Position numbers and translations under genes: made by a program. This document shows positions 10,901 through 20,873 of a DNA stretch of 64,000 nt, one piece after another (positions within the stretch are counted from its first letter, which is position 1; the number at the start of each line of letters is the position of its first letter). Location of the stretch: the IMG/VR virus record IMGVR_UViG_3300044638_007036, positions 1 to 64,000 of that record; one strand, given 5' to 3'. The notes under the pieces are model-generated. The model was not told the origin of the DNA. It did no database searches and saw nothing but the letters and a program-made list of their open reading frames with translations. Source of the stretch: a virus.

Positions 10901-11920
10901 TTAGCAGACAATTTTCCATTAATCTACAATGATGGAGTATATTATTCAGGTCCAAGAATTCCATTTAATGAATTTGTAGCTGGTTCTTGGCAATTGTCTC
11001 CGGTGGATAGTAACAAATTTGTTCTAGTTCACTTTTTTGCTACTAACGATAAGGAAACTCCTATTGTAGGTATACAAGGTATTGCTCAATATAATGATAT
11101 TCCTGCTGCTAGAATTGCTGCAGGAACTGAGATATCAAGTTTATCAGGGCTTCCTTTTGCTGAATTTGTAGCAATTGGAACCGTAGTATTTCAAACAAAT
11201 ACATACGCAAATACTCCAGACGCAAGAGTTAGGAATATAAATGGAGCAAATTACGTAGATTTTAGAGGAACTCAACTATACACCCCAGCAGGAGAAGCCA
11301 CAACTCATGGACTTCTTTCCGGATTAGATAAGGATGATCATACTCAATATTTAACGGAAGCTAGAGGAGATGCAAGGTATTATACTCAGACACAAATAGA
11401 TGTAATAGAATCAACTCTACAAGCTGACATAGACACTAGAGCATTAGATAGTACAGTTATTAAAAAAGATGGCTCTGTAGCTTTCACAGCAAATCAATCT
11501 ATAGGCGGTTTTAGACTTACGAACGTAGCTAATCCCGTAGGATTAACAGATGCTGTAAATTTACAAACCTTAAATGCGTCAATTGGATCTTCTGGGGATA
11601 TTGTTGAAAAATCTTTTTCTATTGTAGAAAGTCAAACAAGTACATCTGTTACAGATTTCATATTCCCAAGTGCCAGCATAAAATCATTTACTGCATTAGT
11701 TTCTGTAACTATAGATGCTACTTCAGATTTGAATGAGCAATTTGAATTAAATGGAATTCAACTTTCCTCAGGCTGGGTAGTTTCTACAATAAGTAGAGGG
11801 GACAATACAAATGTAACTTTTGACGTAGATTCTACTGGTCAAGTTAGATACAGTAGCTCTACTTATTCTGGTTTTGTTTCTGGAACTTTAAAATTTAGAG
11901 CATTTACTACGAGTATCTAA
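7931..11920 (+). CDS. Large multidomain fibre/structural protein with an internal domain duplication
   Basis: Two copies of a ~195-aa domain (RDGWYFxNT...KINWYFFDG...PGFAHS...GSDSxEPVNEVQ), two GLxNVDNTSDLDKPISxATQ linkers and an LPSYVDDV fibre motif. Confidence 0.75.
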   Translation: MDIKMRINEKITTSKVLGVFDVTDESKIRIVVENANSSNTLEIKARIYNQTDFVLLKTITGNANEIVNVSTYEEIKIECTVFSSTGTEVKIVAASFNDAGGSAIDSIGVPSGDDITDIETLNLTSSDNSIGISGNNSTKTIDFTFNGGYTPSDATDWSPAPTTIPEALDQLADRTSFNKIYVYENNVSVYSDGTPGVRDTSPFIRDGWYFQNTGAGEKINWYFFDGNPLSSTYQGSIPQSDFHPFFILTLDSKNAKPIIGVYSLPTGVNDTIPGFAHSRWVYELSTAALTPLVAGKKYLFYTTQNPSVYPELEHIQLDLIPAQSTGDKNPSELILTASLGSDSSEPVNEVQWLVESMGVWSPSVKQEMRLRIRTVPLNSSSKIDSIYLPSYVDDVVEVSSFATLPLIGEAGKIYITLDTNKQYRWSGSTYIEVSPSEVNSVNGKVGIVVLNKSDIGLGNVDNTSDLDKPISNATQTELNILDGRLDNLEEINSVRKFHVFEDNLQVYADARPGIKDPSTNIYSNGLIRDGWYFKNTIAGQKINWYFFDGTTQGTITLGNFSAYAVMTFDAITAYPILAVYTFPTGSGDVRPGFAHSVVVYANPLSPAAVAGVKYLVYFGDEPAAHPELPRIQLTKSTISSAGDQNPAEIVLTVSFGSDSAEPVNEVQFMVETLGVNSPTVKQEIDLRIKPSSQSDFSSHINNFSNPHAVTKTQVGLSNVDNTSDLDKPISTATQTALNLKYDASNPAGYITSAQAPVQSVNTQTGAVNLEAEDIPFTPYGTITSTDVQAAIEELDDKTSVVSDIAADTKEPTGFVDRTESTTSFDDSSRLFTIQPVTTSFSFYIKGTKFTKTTSQSITIPNLAGNHYVYFNDVGNLATTQTFTSSIIEQYAFVTVIYWNTDTNTHSYFAEERHGITMDGATHSYLHTTFGARYISGLALEDFTIGDGSSDTHAQFTADLGSIRDEDLYLQLPAQAQIPILFKQGQLWRKKLADNFPLIYNDGVYYSGPRIPFNEFVAGSWQLSPVDSNKFVLVHFFATNDKETPIVGIQGIAQYNDIPAARIAAGTEISSLSGLPFAEFVAIGTVVFQTNTYANTPDARVRNINGANYVDFRGTQLYTPAGEATTHGLLSGLDKDDHTQYLTEARGDARYYTQTQIDVIESTLQADIDTRALDSTVIKKDGSVAFTANQSIGGFRLTNVANPVGLTDAVNLQTLNASIGSSGDIVEKSFSIVESQTSTSVTDFIFPSASIKSFTALVSVTIDATSDLNEQFELNGIQLSSGWVVSTISRGDNTNVTFDVDSTGQVRYSSSTYSGFVSGTLKFRAFTTSI

Positions 11921-11928
11921 GGAAGTTT

Positions 11929-12918
11929 ATGTCTACTAATCGCAAGCCTAGTTCAATGGATCACACTGGAGCTATAACCAATTCTCATAATGAAGAAGCA
12001 AAAGCTCTAGATGTAGTTACGGTAAATAGTTTAGTACCTGCTAGATATGGAAAAGTGGAACTGGAGTATATAACTACAGGGAGTGCTGCTGGTCAAGTTG
12101 GAAAAGCAATGTACTATTCTAATGGAACATATCAAGAAATAAAAATTATATGTAAAGGTAATGAGCTAGGCACAGCTCACAAAACCACTATAAATTTCAT
12201 TAATAGATCAGCTAATTCTCTAGCGGGTCAATATTTCGTAATATACGATGATGTTGGCGCAGTTATGGTATGGTTTAATTTGAATTTTAACAATACAAAG
12301 CCTAACAATTTAGAGTGTTACAGGGATATTGAAATAAATCTACTTAGCTCTCACGATTATGAAACAGTAGCTAAAAGAACTTCTAATACAATAAGTATGG
12401 ATTCTAAGTTCGTAGCCCTATATAGTTCCTCTTATGTAATAATTTCAAGTTCTTCAGCCGGAGTAAGAGTTAACTCTAAAGATGGCAATACAAATTTATT
12501 TATAAAAAATACGGAAGGTATTGATTCTAAAACTTTAAATAACAAGTATTTTATCATAAACTCAGCGGATAATGAAGATAGCTATTACGTTTGGTATAAC
12601 GTAGGTGGAACTGGAGTAGATCCTAATATTTCAGGAAAAGTTGGGTTAATGGTCAATATTCCAAATAATGCAAAAAGTGCAGAAGTTGCTATTAATACTA
12701 AAATAGTACTAGACGCTACTTTGAAATTTATAACAAATATAGATAATGACAGCTTATTTATTTCAAATAAAAAAATTGGAGAGGCTGTTGTAACTTATGA
12801 TAATTCTGCAGGATTTACTATTTTAATGCAGAAATTAGGTGAAAGTAGAAACTTACTGGTTACTCTAGTTTTGTCATATTCAAGTGACGGAAGCATCAAC
12901 TCTGTAGAAAGGATTTAA
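11929..12918 (+). CDS. Virion structural protein with two copies of a domain also found in the nozzle protein
   Basis: YFVIY...VMVWFN and YFIINSADNEDSYYVWYN repeats. Confidence 0.55.
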   Translation: MSTNRKPSSMDHTGAITNSHNEEAKALDVVTVNSLVPARYGKVELEYITTGSAAGQVGKAMYYSNGTYQEIKIICKGNELGTAHKTTINFINRSANSLAGQYFVIYDDVGAVMVWFNLNFNNTKPNNLECYRDIEINLLSSHDYETVAKRTSNTISMDSKFVALYSSSYVIISSSSAGVRVNSKDGNTNLFIKNTEGIDSKTLNNKYFIINSADNEDSYYVWYNVGGTGVDPNISGKVGLMVNIPNNAKSAEVAINTKIVLDATLKFITNIDNDSLFISNKKIGEAVVTYDNSAGFTILMQKLGESRNLLVTLVLSYSSDGSINSVERI

Positions 12919-12919
12919 T

Positions 12920-13123
12920 ATGAAATTAAAGTTTAACCCCTTTACAGCTAACTTTGAATATGTGGCAGAAACTATTTCTAGTGAGAAGATCTTGACAAGA
13001 GGGGAAGTAATCACCAGTATATTAATTGATAGAACTGAAGATCCTTCTAGAGAATATGCAAATCTAGACATAGCTTTTGACGAAGATTCAATTCTTTACG
13101 CTGATGATGATTTTGAATCATGA
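12920..13123 (+). CDS. Small structural protein (KFNPFT motif)
   Basis: Tightly coupled ORF in the virion operon; FNPFT motif seen at phage fibre N-termini. Confidence 0.55.
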   Translation: MKLKFNPFTANFEYVAETISSEKILTRGEVITSILIDRTEDPSREYANLDIAFDEDSILYADDDFES

Positions 13124-13497
13124 TAAATCCTCATATTGTAAGAAAACCGAGTAATCCTAGTGCTGCTCCTCCTGAAGCAGGTATGCACTGGATTAATACG
13201 CTAACTAACGAAGAATTTTTTTCTGTAGGCACTTCCGATATAAGTGATTGGATACCTAGAAGACGTTCTGGATTTATTTTATATACAGTGATAGTAACTC
13301 AACAAAATTTAAACGATAAATCACTCATTTTACCACACACTCCAGTTTCATCGGAAAGTGTCTCTATAACTTTTGTAAATGGCACAAGTCAAGTAAATGG
13401 AATAGATTATACAGTTTCAGGAAATTTAGTTTCATGGGATGGAATGGGATTAGATAATTTTATAGAACTTAATGATGTGCTGATTGTTCAGCACTAA
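13120..13497 (+). CDS. Fibre-associated small beta domain protein
   Basis: LPHTP...NG...DYTVSGN.VSW...NDVLIV resembles the C-terminus of 13521-16580. Confidence 0.55.
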   Translation: MINPHIVRKPSNPSAAPPEAGMHWINTLTNEEFFSVGTSDISDWIPRRRSGFILYTVIVTQQNLNDKSLILPHTPVSSESVSITFVNGTSQVNGIDYTVSGNLVSWDGMGLDNFIELNDVLIVQH

Positions 13498-13520
13498 TTC
13501 TCTGAGGAGGGAATAAATAT

Positions 13521-16500
13521 ATGGCACAACAAATTAAAAAGAAGTTTATCGGGAACGATCAAATCGACTCGACAAAAATTAAACTTCTACAAAACCAAGC
13601 CGTTAGGGCAGTAGATTCTACTGGAACGGAACAAGAACTTATCAAGTTAGGAGCAACTGATGAAGTTTTAGTAAAAGGTCAAGAAGTAGGTTTAAAGTCC
13701 GAAATTGACGCAGAAGAGTCTCGTGCGGAATTAGCAGAGTCATCTTTACAATTTCAAATTGATCAAGAAGAATCTCGTGCAATGGCAGAAGAGTCTAGCA
13801 TTAGAGCTTTAATTTCAAGCAGTTCTTCAGATCAAGGTCAGGCGGTAAGTGATGAGCAATCTCGTGCAGAAGCTGCTGAAAGTGCGCTTGACTCTAGACT
13901 TGATGCATTAGAAGCCGATCCGACGACTAAAACTTATGTAGACGAAGAGGTTTCTGGATTACAGCATCAAATTGATAATGTACTAAGTAATCTTGATCCT
14001 GCTTCTTTAGATTCATTAACTGAAATTGTTTCAGCTTTTCAAGCTATGGACGGGGAGTTAGAAGGGACAATTTCTTCTTTAGCTCATAGTTCGTCTGAGG
14101 CTGTTCAAGCAGAACAATCTCGTGCAGAACTAGCAGAATCTAGTCTACAATCTGCAATCACTGCAGAAATCTCTAGTAGAATGGCTGATGTGGATGCTGA
14201 ACAATCTCGTGCTGAACTACAAGAGTCGTCTCTACAAGCTCAAATTACTGCAGAGATTTCTCGTGCAGAATTGGAAGAGTCTAGTTTACAATTCCAAATT
14301 AGCCAAGAGCAATCTCGTGCAGAAATGGAAGAGTCTAGTTTACAAGCTCAAATTACTGCAGAGATTTCTCGTGCGGAATTAGAAGAGTCTTCTTTGCAGT
14401 TCCAAATTGAGGAAGAAGAGTCTCGTGCTATGTTTGCGGAAAGCGCACTTGATTCTAGATTATCATCATTAGAAGCAAATCCTACGACAGCTTCATATGT
14501 AGACGCTCAAATCTCAAGTGTTCAATCTTCAATTAGCCAAGAACAATCTCGTGCTGAACTAGAAGAATCTTCGTTGCAATTTCAAATTGACCAAGAAGAA
14601 TCTCGTGCAATGTCTGCAGAATCTAGCTTACAATCAAGCATCGCTGCAGAAATTTCTAATAGAATAGTTGATGTAGACGCTGAACAATCTAGAGCAACTG
14701 CTGCAGAGTCTAGTTTGCAGTTTCAGATTGAGGAAGAAGAGTCTAGAGCTTTATTAGTAGAAGCATCTATTCAATCCGAACTAAGTGATTTAGATGGATA
14801 TGCTCAAGACATACGTTCAGATTTAGATGCTGAAGAATCCAGAGCTTTAGCAGCCGAATCTAGTTTACAAGTTGAAATTAGTTCTTCCGTTCAAGAAGAA
14901 GAATCTCGTGCTATGTTAGCGGAATCTAGTTTACAATCTGCACTTACTGCTGAAATTTCTAATAGAGTAGCTGATGTGGATGCTGAACAATCTCGTGCTG
15001 AACTAGCAGAATCTAGCTTACAAGCAGCTATTACTTCGGAACAGTCTCGTGCAGAATTGGAAGAGTCTTCTCTACAATTCCAGATTGATGAAGAAGAATC
15101 TCGTGCTATAGCCGCAGAATCTAATTTACAAGTTCAAATTGACAGTCTATTGAGTAATATTGACCCTGCTTCTTTAGATTCTCTTGCTGAAGTTGTTTCA
15201 GCTTTCCAAGCTGCAGACAGTGATCTACAAGGTACACTTTCTACTTTAGCTGGAAATTCTTCAGGTAATATCGCAGCAGAACAATCTCGTGCTGAATTAG
15301 CGGAGTCTAGTTTACAAGCTGCAATTGACCAAGAAGAATCTCGTGCCATGTCTGCGGAAGAAGCTTTAGATTCTAGACTTGATGTTATTGAGCCAAAAGT
15401 TTCTACACTTGAAAGCGAAATGGATCAAGCTCAAACAGATATCTCTTCTCTTGATTCTAATAAAGCAAATAAGAGCTTAAGTAATCTTGATGCTGTTACA
15501 GCTATTCCAGCGTCTGTAACTGATTTACAATCTGAAAATACTTCACAAGTATTTGCCTCAGAATTTAAAATCAATACAAAAAATCAAGTAGATAGTAATT
15601 CTGGTAATATCAGAGTTATTTCAGGTGATGCAAGTGGTAATGTTGTTTCCGGAGGCGGTAGAGTTGGATCAGGTATTAACTCTAATGCATCAAGAGCAAG
15701 TGCTACAACTGCAGCTACTGGATTAGTATCTATGGTATCAGGAGCTATCTCCGGAGGTACGCAAGGTTCTACAGGTTCAGCTACGGTTTCTACTGGTAAT
15801 GTTAATGCTTCTGCAGTAACAGGTAATACTGGAGCAATTACGGTTAGATCTGGTAACAATTTTGGAGTAGGTACTTCTGGACAATTATTAGTAGAATCAG
15901 GATTTAGTATAAACGCTGCTGGAGGAAAATCTGGACCTATGTATTTTGGTTCAGGTAAATCTATGGCTGCAAGTTCTGGAGATGTACTAATCTATTCAGG
16001 ATCTGTAAATAACAGTCTTGGTTTAAATAACTCCGCTAATACAAACCCAACAGGTCAAATTACTGTTGAAACTGGTGTTTCGGTAAGCTCCGCAGCTACT
16101 GGAGCTTTAAATTTACGTTCGGGAGCAAACTCTGGAACAGGTAACTCTGGTGATGTAAGTATCGAGTCTGGTTCAGTTGTTTCTGGCGTTAGAGGTAAAG
16201 TAAGCGTTTCAGCAAGAGTTGTTGAAATGAATACTGTCCTTGATATGCAGTCTAACAGAATTATTGATCTTGCTGATCCTATTTCTGCTCAAGAAGCTGC
16301 AACCAAGGCTTATGTAGATTCACGCCGTCCTATCTTTAATAAAGAAAGTTTCGTAGTTGGATCTAATAGCATTGGAGCTACTCATGTTGATTTAGCTCAT
16401 GAAGCAGATGCTATGTCTTTAGTTGTTTTCGTAGGTCGTCTTGCTCTTCACAAAGATGAAGACTATACTCTCTCAGTAGAATCTGGTGTAACTAGAATTA

Positions 16501-16580
16501 CTTGGACAGGAAGTTTTGCATCTGGCGGGGACGAGGAAGTCGCTAACGGAGATAAAATTTTTGTAACTTACTCTCGTTAA
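13521..16580 (+). CDS. Long coiled-coil fibre protein
   Basis: More than 20 E(E/Q)SRA...ESSLQ repeats, two DPASLDSLxE(I/V)VSAFQA motifs, a Gly/Ser-rich beta region and an AATKAYVD motif. Confidence 0.8.
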   Translation: MAQQIKKKFIGNDQIDSTKIKLLQNQAVRAVDSTGTEQELIKLGATDEVLVKGQEVGLKSEIDAEESRAELAESSLQFQIDQEESRAMAEESSIRALISSSSSDQGQAVSDEQSRAEAAESALDSRLDALEADPTTKTYVDEEVSGLQHQIDNVLSNLDPASLDSLTEIVSAFQAMDGELEGTISSLAHSSSEAVQAEQSRAELAESSLQSAITAEISSRMADVDAEQSRAELQESSLQAQITAEISRAELEESSLQFQISQEQSRAEMEESSLQAQITAEISRAELEESSLQFQIEEEESRAMFAESALDSRLSSLEANPTTASYVDAQISSVQSSISQEQSRAELEESSLQFQIDQEESRAMSAESSLQSSIAAEISNRIVDVDAEQSRATAAESSLQFQIEEEESRALLVEASIQSELSDLDGYAQDIRSDLDAEESRALAAESSLQVEISSSVQEEESRAMLAESSLQSALTAEISNRVADVDAEQSRAELAESSLQAAITSEQSRAELEESSLQFQIDEEESRAIAAESNLQVQIDSLLSNIDPASLDSLAEVVSAFQAADSDLQGTLSTLAGNSSGNIAAEQSRAELAESSLQAAIDQEESRAMSAEEALDSRLDVIEPKVSTLESEMDQAQTDISSLDSNKANKSLSNLDAVTAIPASVTDLQSENTSQVFASEFKINTKNQVDSNSGNIRVISGDASGNVVSGGGRVGSGINSNASRASATTAATGLVSMVSGAISGGTQGSTGSATVSTGNVNASAVTGNTGAITVRSGNNFGVGTSGQLLVESGFSINAAGGKSGPMYFGSGKSMAASSGDVLIYSGSVNNSLGLNNSANTNPTGQITVETGVSVSSAATGALNLRSGANSGTGNSGDVSIESGSVVSGVRGKVSVSARVVEMNTVLDMQSNRIIDLADPISAQEAATKAYVDSRRPIFNKESFVVGSNSIGATHVDLAHEADAMSLVVFVGRLALHKDEDYTLSVESGVTRITWTGSFASGGDEEVANGDKIFVTYSR

Positions 16581-16591
16581 GAGTAATAATC

Positions 16592-16621
16592 GGGGGGGAG
16601 GAGAGAAATCTCCTCTCTTTT
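16592..16621 (+). terminator. Rho-independent terminator
   Basis: GGGGGAGGAGA-GAAA-TCTCCTCTCTT followed by a T-run. Confidence 0.8.
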
Positions 16622-16666
16622 AATTGTGCGGTAAAATAGCCGAAACGCACACGGCAAGGAGAATTT

Positions 16667-19417
16667 ATGGCATTAGTGTCGTATACTCAACCTGCAGCAG
16701 GACAACCTATGCAGTTTACAATGAATAAAAATGATCTTTTAACAATACCTAAGGTAATGGCAGATCCATTTTTTTCATTAGAATCTAACTGGTTTAGAGT
16801 TAGTTTCGTATTTAAACACACAACTTCTGGAAAGAGATTCGTACCTTCTTTTAGAACATTCTCAGCTACAAAGTATTTGAGAGTCAGAAATGGAATGGAA
16901 GGGGGGCATAATTTTGAACTTAAAAAAATTATTATCTCTAAATCGGATAGAACTTTTCTAGTTATCAAAACTAACGAGATTCCTAGTGTGGAAGCTTATG
17001 CTTTTGCTCTTATGGGATCTGGTGGCGGTGGCGGACAAGTAGATCCTCCTGCTCCAGTAGTGTCTCTTAATTCACTTGGATCTTTCTTTGATGGTAGATT
17101 ATCAGTAACTCAATCAGTTTTTAGTAAATATAGCGATTCTGCTTTTTTTAGTGCTGCTGATAGATTTGTAACTGTCTCAGATTACTACCATAGTGAAGGA
17201 GGGAATGTTTCTTTTGGGGGAATACCTTTAAAAAGTGCAACCATTGATTTAGTTTCTGGACAATTAGATGCTGCATCCGCTGATCTTTTCCAAGATAACA
17301 GGATTAGAGCTATTCACCATAAATCTGATTTATCAAAATCTTGGATTATTGGACAGTTTAAAACAGAATTTAATGGAACCCAGTTACCAGCATTACCTGT
17401 GTACAATGGAACAACGGTTCAGTCAACAAATTGTTTTCGAGTATTGGAAATAAATAGGTCCACGGGAGCAGTCACTCATAAATTAGATATCCAAACAAGT
17501 TACGATGCAGTTGGTTTTGGCGGATCTCATAATCAAATGATTGACATGAAAGTAGATGAAGCTAATGGAGATGTATTTCTTTATAGTGGCAGTTATTTGG
17601 TGAAGTATAATTTTAATACAGGACCTGTTTGGGGAAAATCTACTCAAATAGGCTATGGTAGTTATGAAAAATATACACACAAGCTCACTATAACTGCTAA
17701 TTCTGTTTTTGTAAATGTTAGAAATTATGACAATGTAGAACTTACCGGATATTCTTGGAATAATGGAGGTTACATTAAAGTAAGCAGAGCTGATGGTTCT
17801 AGAGATACGTCTTTCACAATACCAGTTGATGGTAACTATTATCCTGAGGTAATGAGAAGTATTTCATCTGATGGTTCTAAAGTGGCATACTTAATTTATG
17901 ATACATCGGTAAGTAATCTTGTAGCTCATACTTATTCTAACGGATCTTGGACAAAACACAGTGCTTGTCAATTTGTTAATGGTGGAGTTTATGGTGTAAT
18001 TGCCGAGAGTGATTATTTTTATGTATTAGCTTATGCTAGTTTTTATCCAAATGATAAGTATATTCAAAAAATAGATTATTCTGGTAATGTAGTATCTACA
18101 ACATTTTTGAATATTGGTTCCAACTATTACAATAATCCTTCGCAGTATAGTTTTTTTAAAAATGGAGACAAGTTTTACTACAGACGCTATGATCATGTAC
18201 TTGTAAAAAGAGATATATCAACTGGAGCTGAAGAAACTTTGGATATTCCTATAGCTTTTGATGGAAATACTCAATTTACACTTTCTTTTGTTAACAATAA
18301 AGTAGTAGTTGAGGTTCATAATCATCAATACCATAGTTTTACATTTAAAGATGAAACCTATCTACCGATTCCATCAACTCAAAATACTATAGCGGTTGGA
18401 GTATATAATGCTTCAACGGGAGCTTTAGTTAAAGCAACAGCCCACGCAGCTACTGACAGTTTTAACAGCTACAACACTAGATTATTAAAATCAAGTACAA
18501 TCCAGAATAAGTGTTGGTTTGTTGGATATTATGGATCAATCCATGAAATCGATCTAGCTACGGGAATTGTTACTAAACTAACAGATATTTCACTTCAAGC
18601 AGTGCCTAGTCATACTCTTAGTGCAACTTTTGTAGATGGAAACTACTTATATGCAATAGCTGGAAGTACTGAAATTAGTGCAACTGATTCAACAGGTACT
18701 TATACAAAAAATTACATGACTAGAATAAACTTATCTACTAAATTAGTGGATCAATCTTTCAGTGTTTCTAATCCTTCGTGGGGCGAAGCCACTAACAGAA
18801 AAGTTCACGTAACTGATAACTTTATTTATGTAACAAGTATAGGTGTTCCTTATGGCGGTTATGGAAAATCAATGGTAAGATTTAGAAAATCTAACTTTAC
18901 TGTAGAAACAATCGATTACACAGCCACGTTCCCAGTTTCAAATATACAATACTACCAAGAATTTATAGGAATTGCAAAACTAGATTCTACAAGAATTGTT
19001 GTATATGGAGATAAACAGTTCGGAGCAAATTCAGGATGGGCAAAGCCATATTTGATTTTTGATGAAGAATCAATGACTCCTGTTGCTTCTCAGCCTAGCT
19101 TTACTGGACAGCCTTCTGTATCTTGTTATTCTGCAGAATTTGGTAAACTAGTGACTATAGGCAGTGCTGCAAATTACTGGGAGACTGAAATAGCAGTTTA
19201 TGATGTAGCTACAGAAACAAAAACGGTTTATATTAATGCATCTCAATATCAACCATCGGGATCATCACCAATGTTTAATGGTGGATATAGTACCAACTTA
19301 ATGTTCTTTAATAACCATATATTTATAGAACTGGCATATAGTTCCAATTCGTATAAAAACAAACAATATACTGGTATTATTAAAGTCAACTCAAGTGGGG
19401 AAGTTGTTAACAGTTAA
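16667..19417 (+). CDS. Large beta-rich protein (N-terminal ~115-aa domain, Gly linker, propeller-like body); possible virion-displayed adhesin
   Basis: GSGGGGG linker; Tyr/Ser/Asn-rich beta-propeller-like pattern; AAGGAG RBS; bracketed by terminators. Confidence 0.55.
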   Translation: MALVSYTQPAAGQPMQFTMNKNDLLTIPKVMADPFFSLESNWFRVSFVFKHTTSGKRFVPSFRTFSATKYLRVRNGMEGGHNFELKKIIISKSDRTFLVIKTNEIPSVEAYAFALMGSGGGGGQVDPPAPVVSLNSLGSFFDGRLSVTQSVFSKYSDSAFFSAADRFVTVSDYYHSEGGNVSFGGIPLKSATIDLVSGQLDAASADLFQDNRIRAIHHKSDLSKSWIIGQFKTEFNGTQLPALPVYNGTTVQSTNCFRVLEINRSTGAVTHKLDIQTSYDAVGFGGSHNQMIDMKVDEANGDVFLYSGSYLVKYNFNTGPVWGKSTQIGYGSYEKYTHKLTITANSVFVNVRNYDNVELTGYSWNNGGYIKVSRADGSRDTSFTIPVDGNYYPEVMRSISSDGSKVAYLIYDTSVSNLVAHTYSNGSWTKHSACQFVNGGVYGVIAESDYFYVLAYASFYPNDKYIQKIDYSGNVVSTTFLNIGSNYYNNPSQYSFFKNGDKFYYRRYDHVLVKRDISTGAEETLDIPIAFDGNTQFTLSFVNNKVVVEVHNHQYHSFTFKDETYLPIPSTQNTIAVGVYNASTGALVKATAHAATDSFNSYNTRLLKSSTIQNKCWFVGYYGSIHEIDLATGIVTKLTDISLQAVPSHTLSATFVDGNYLYAIAGSTEISATDSTGTYTKNYMTRINLSTKLVDQSFSVSNPSWGEATNRKVHVTDNFIYVTSIGVPYGGYGKSMVRFRKSNFTVETIDYTATFPVSNIQYYQEFIGIAKLDSTRIVVYGDKQFGANSGWAKPYLIFDEESMTPVASQPSFTGQPSVSCYSAEFGKLVTIGSAANYWETEIAVYDVATETKTVYINASQYQPSGSSPMFNGGYSTNLMFFNNHIFIELAYSSNSYKNKQYTGIIKVNSSGEVVNS

Positions 19418-19428
19418 CTAACTCAAGG

Positions 19429-19460
19429 AAGGGAAGGAAGCAATTCCTTCCTTTTTTTTT
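19429..19460 (+). terminator. Rho-independent terminator
   Basis: GGAAGGAA-GCAA-TTCCTTCC followed by T9. Confidence 0.9.
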
Positions 19461-19467
19461 ATAAAAA

Positions 19468-19474
19468 AACAAAT
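19468..19474 (+). promoter_or_regulatory. AACAAAT motif (copy 2)
   Basis: Directly after a terminator, 33 nt before ATG 19508. Confidence 0.55.
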
Positions 19475-19507
19475 GTACATAGGATATAATCGTAAAAAGG
19501 GGAACTT

Positions 19508-19870
19508 ATGATGCAAGAATTCATGAAAATGTTAGCTAAAAAACAACAGGAACAGGGCGGTCCTAGAAAAGGACACGACATGGAAGCTAAAGCTTCTATG
19601 GCAAAAGAACTATCTGATATGCTTGGCGAAGACCTTACAGAAGGTATTAAAGACGCTAAGAGAGTTACAGTAGCTTCTGATTCTGAAGAAGGGCTTAAAA
19701 AAGGTCTGGAAAAAGCAGAAGATATCCTAGAAAGTAAAATGGAAGACGATTCAGAAGAATCTGAAGATATGAAAGATTCTGAAGACATGGAAGATTCTGA
19801 AGAAGACCCAGAAGAAAAAATTAAAGAATTAGAAAGGCAAATCGAAGAACTTAAAGCTAAGAGAAAATAA
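19508..19870 (+). CDS. Small acidic coiled-coil protein
   Basis: E/D-rich low-complexity tract; AAAGGGG RBS; VTVASDSEEGLKKGLEKAE core. Confidence 0.7.
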   Translation: MMQEFMKMLAKKQQEQGGPRKGHDMEAKASMAKELSDMLGEDLTEGIKDAKRVTVASDSEEGLKKGLEKAEDILESKMEDDSEESEDMKDSEDMEDSEEDPEEKIKELERQIEELKAKRK

Positions 19871-20871
19871 TGGCATCTTCAATCAAAGCAGGTCTAACTA
19901 CAAGTGGACTGCTTAAGTCAATTAAGCGTAGAGCCATGGTTCCTGATAATCAAAACACATTTAGTGATCAGGACTTTATTGACTTTTTGAATGAAGAAAT
20001 GATGATCGGAATGGTTCCTTCCATTCTACAAATGAAAGAAGAATACTTTATTTTTAGACAAATAGTACCTCTTGTTGCCGAAAAATCAAATTACCCTGTC
20101 CCAGAAAGAGCACTTGCTAGTAAACTTAGAGAGTTGTGCTTCAAAGATACCCCTGCTAAAACAACTGGAAATGAGTATGAGATGACTCAAATAGCTGTCG
20201 ATGACAGGTATACAGGTCTTTCAAACGGTACAGGTTCTAGTGATTTCACTGGTTTTCGTAGATTTTATATGATGGGCAGTGATGTTATCCTGCATCCTAG
20301 CGTAGGTCCTTCTCCATATGGAGCATTGGCTTTTTATTATTACCTTAGACCAAATACGATTGTAAAAGATAACTTAGTAGCTACTGTAAAATCAATAAAC
20401 AGAGTTACCGGAGACATTACATTAGACAGTATCCCCACTGGTTATAGTGTGTATGTAGCTGGAACTAATAATACAGTACCCTCTACTTTTGACTTCGTAA
20501 AAACAAAATCACCACACAATATATTAGATATTGATATCACAATAAATTCAATAAACACATCTACGAAAGTTGTAAATGTAGCTTTAGATTCTATTCCAAA
20601 AGATTTAGAAATTGGAGACTATATGCCTTTAGCTGGACAAAGTTGTGTTCCAAATATTCCAACAGAATTACACATGGTTTTAGCTCAAAGAGTAGCTCAG
20701 AGAGTATTAGAAGCTCTTGGAGATACTGAAGGCTTAAACAATGCCACAGCTAAAATTGCTGAAATGGAAGGTAAACTTACTACAATGTTGGATAACCGAG
20801 TAGAAGGTGCTCCTAGAAAAGTAGTAAATCGTGCTTTAATGACTGGAGTAGCTAGAAATAGACGGAGGTAG
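19870..20871 (+). CDS. Probable head-tail adaptor (tail tubular protein A-like)
   Basis: N-terminal LLKSIKRR...FIDFLNEE helical pattern, late IPTELH motif, position just before the nozzle-like gene. Confidence 0.55.
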   Translation: MASSIKAGLTTSGLLKSIKRRAMVPDNQNTFSDQDFIDFLNEEMMIGMVPSILQMKEEYFIFRQIVPLVAEKSNYPVPERALASKLRELCFKDTPAKTTGNEYEMTQIAVDDRYTGLSNGTGSSDFTGFRRFYMMGSDVILHPSVGPSPYGALAFYYYLRPNTIVKDNLVATVKSINRVTGDITLDSIPTGYSVYVAGTNNTVPSTFDFVKTKSPHNILDIDITINSINTSTKVVNVALDSIPKDLEIGDYMPLAGQSCVPNIPTELHMVLAQRVAQRVLEALGDTEGLNNATAKIAEMEGKLTTMLDNRVEGAPRKVVNRALMTGVARNRRR

Positions 20872-20873
20872 TC

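Noticed and set aside
16622-16660. Hammerhead or c-di-GMP riboswitch (GCCGAAAC)
   Set aside because: There is no CUGANGA core and no second riboswitch stem.
859-19417. Diversity-generating retroelement acting on fibre genes
   Set aside because: No reverse transcriptase and no adenine-specific TR/VR pair were seen.
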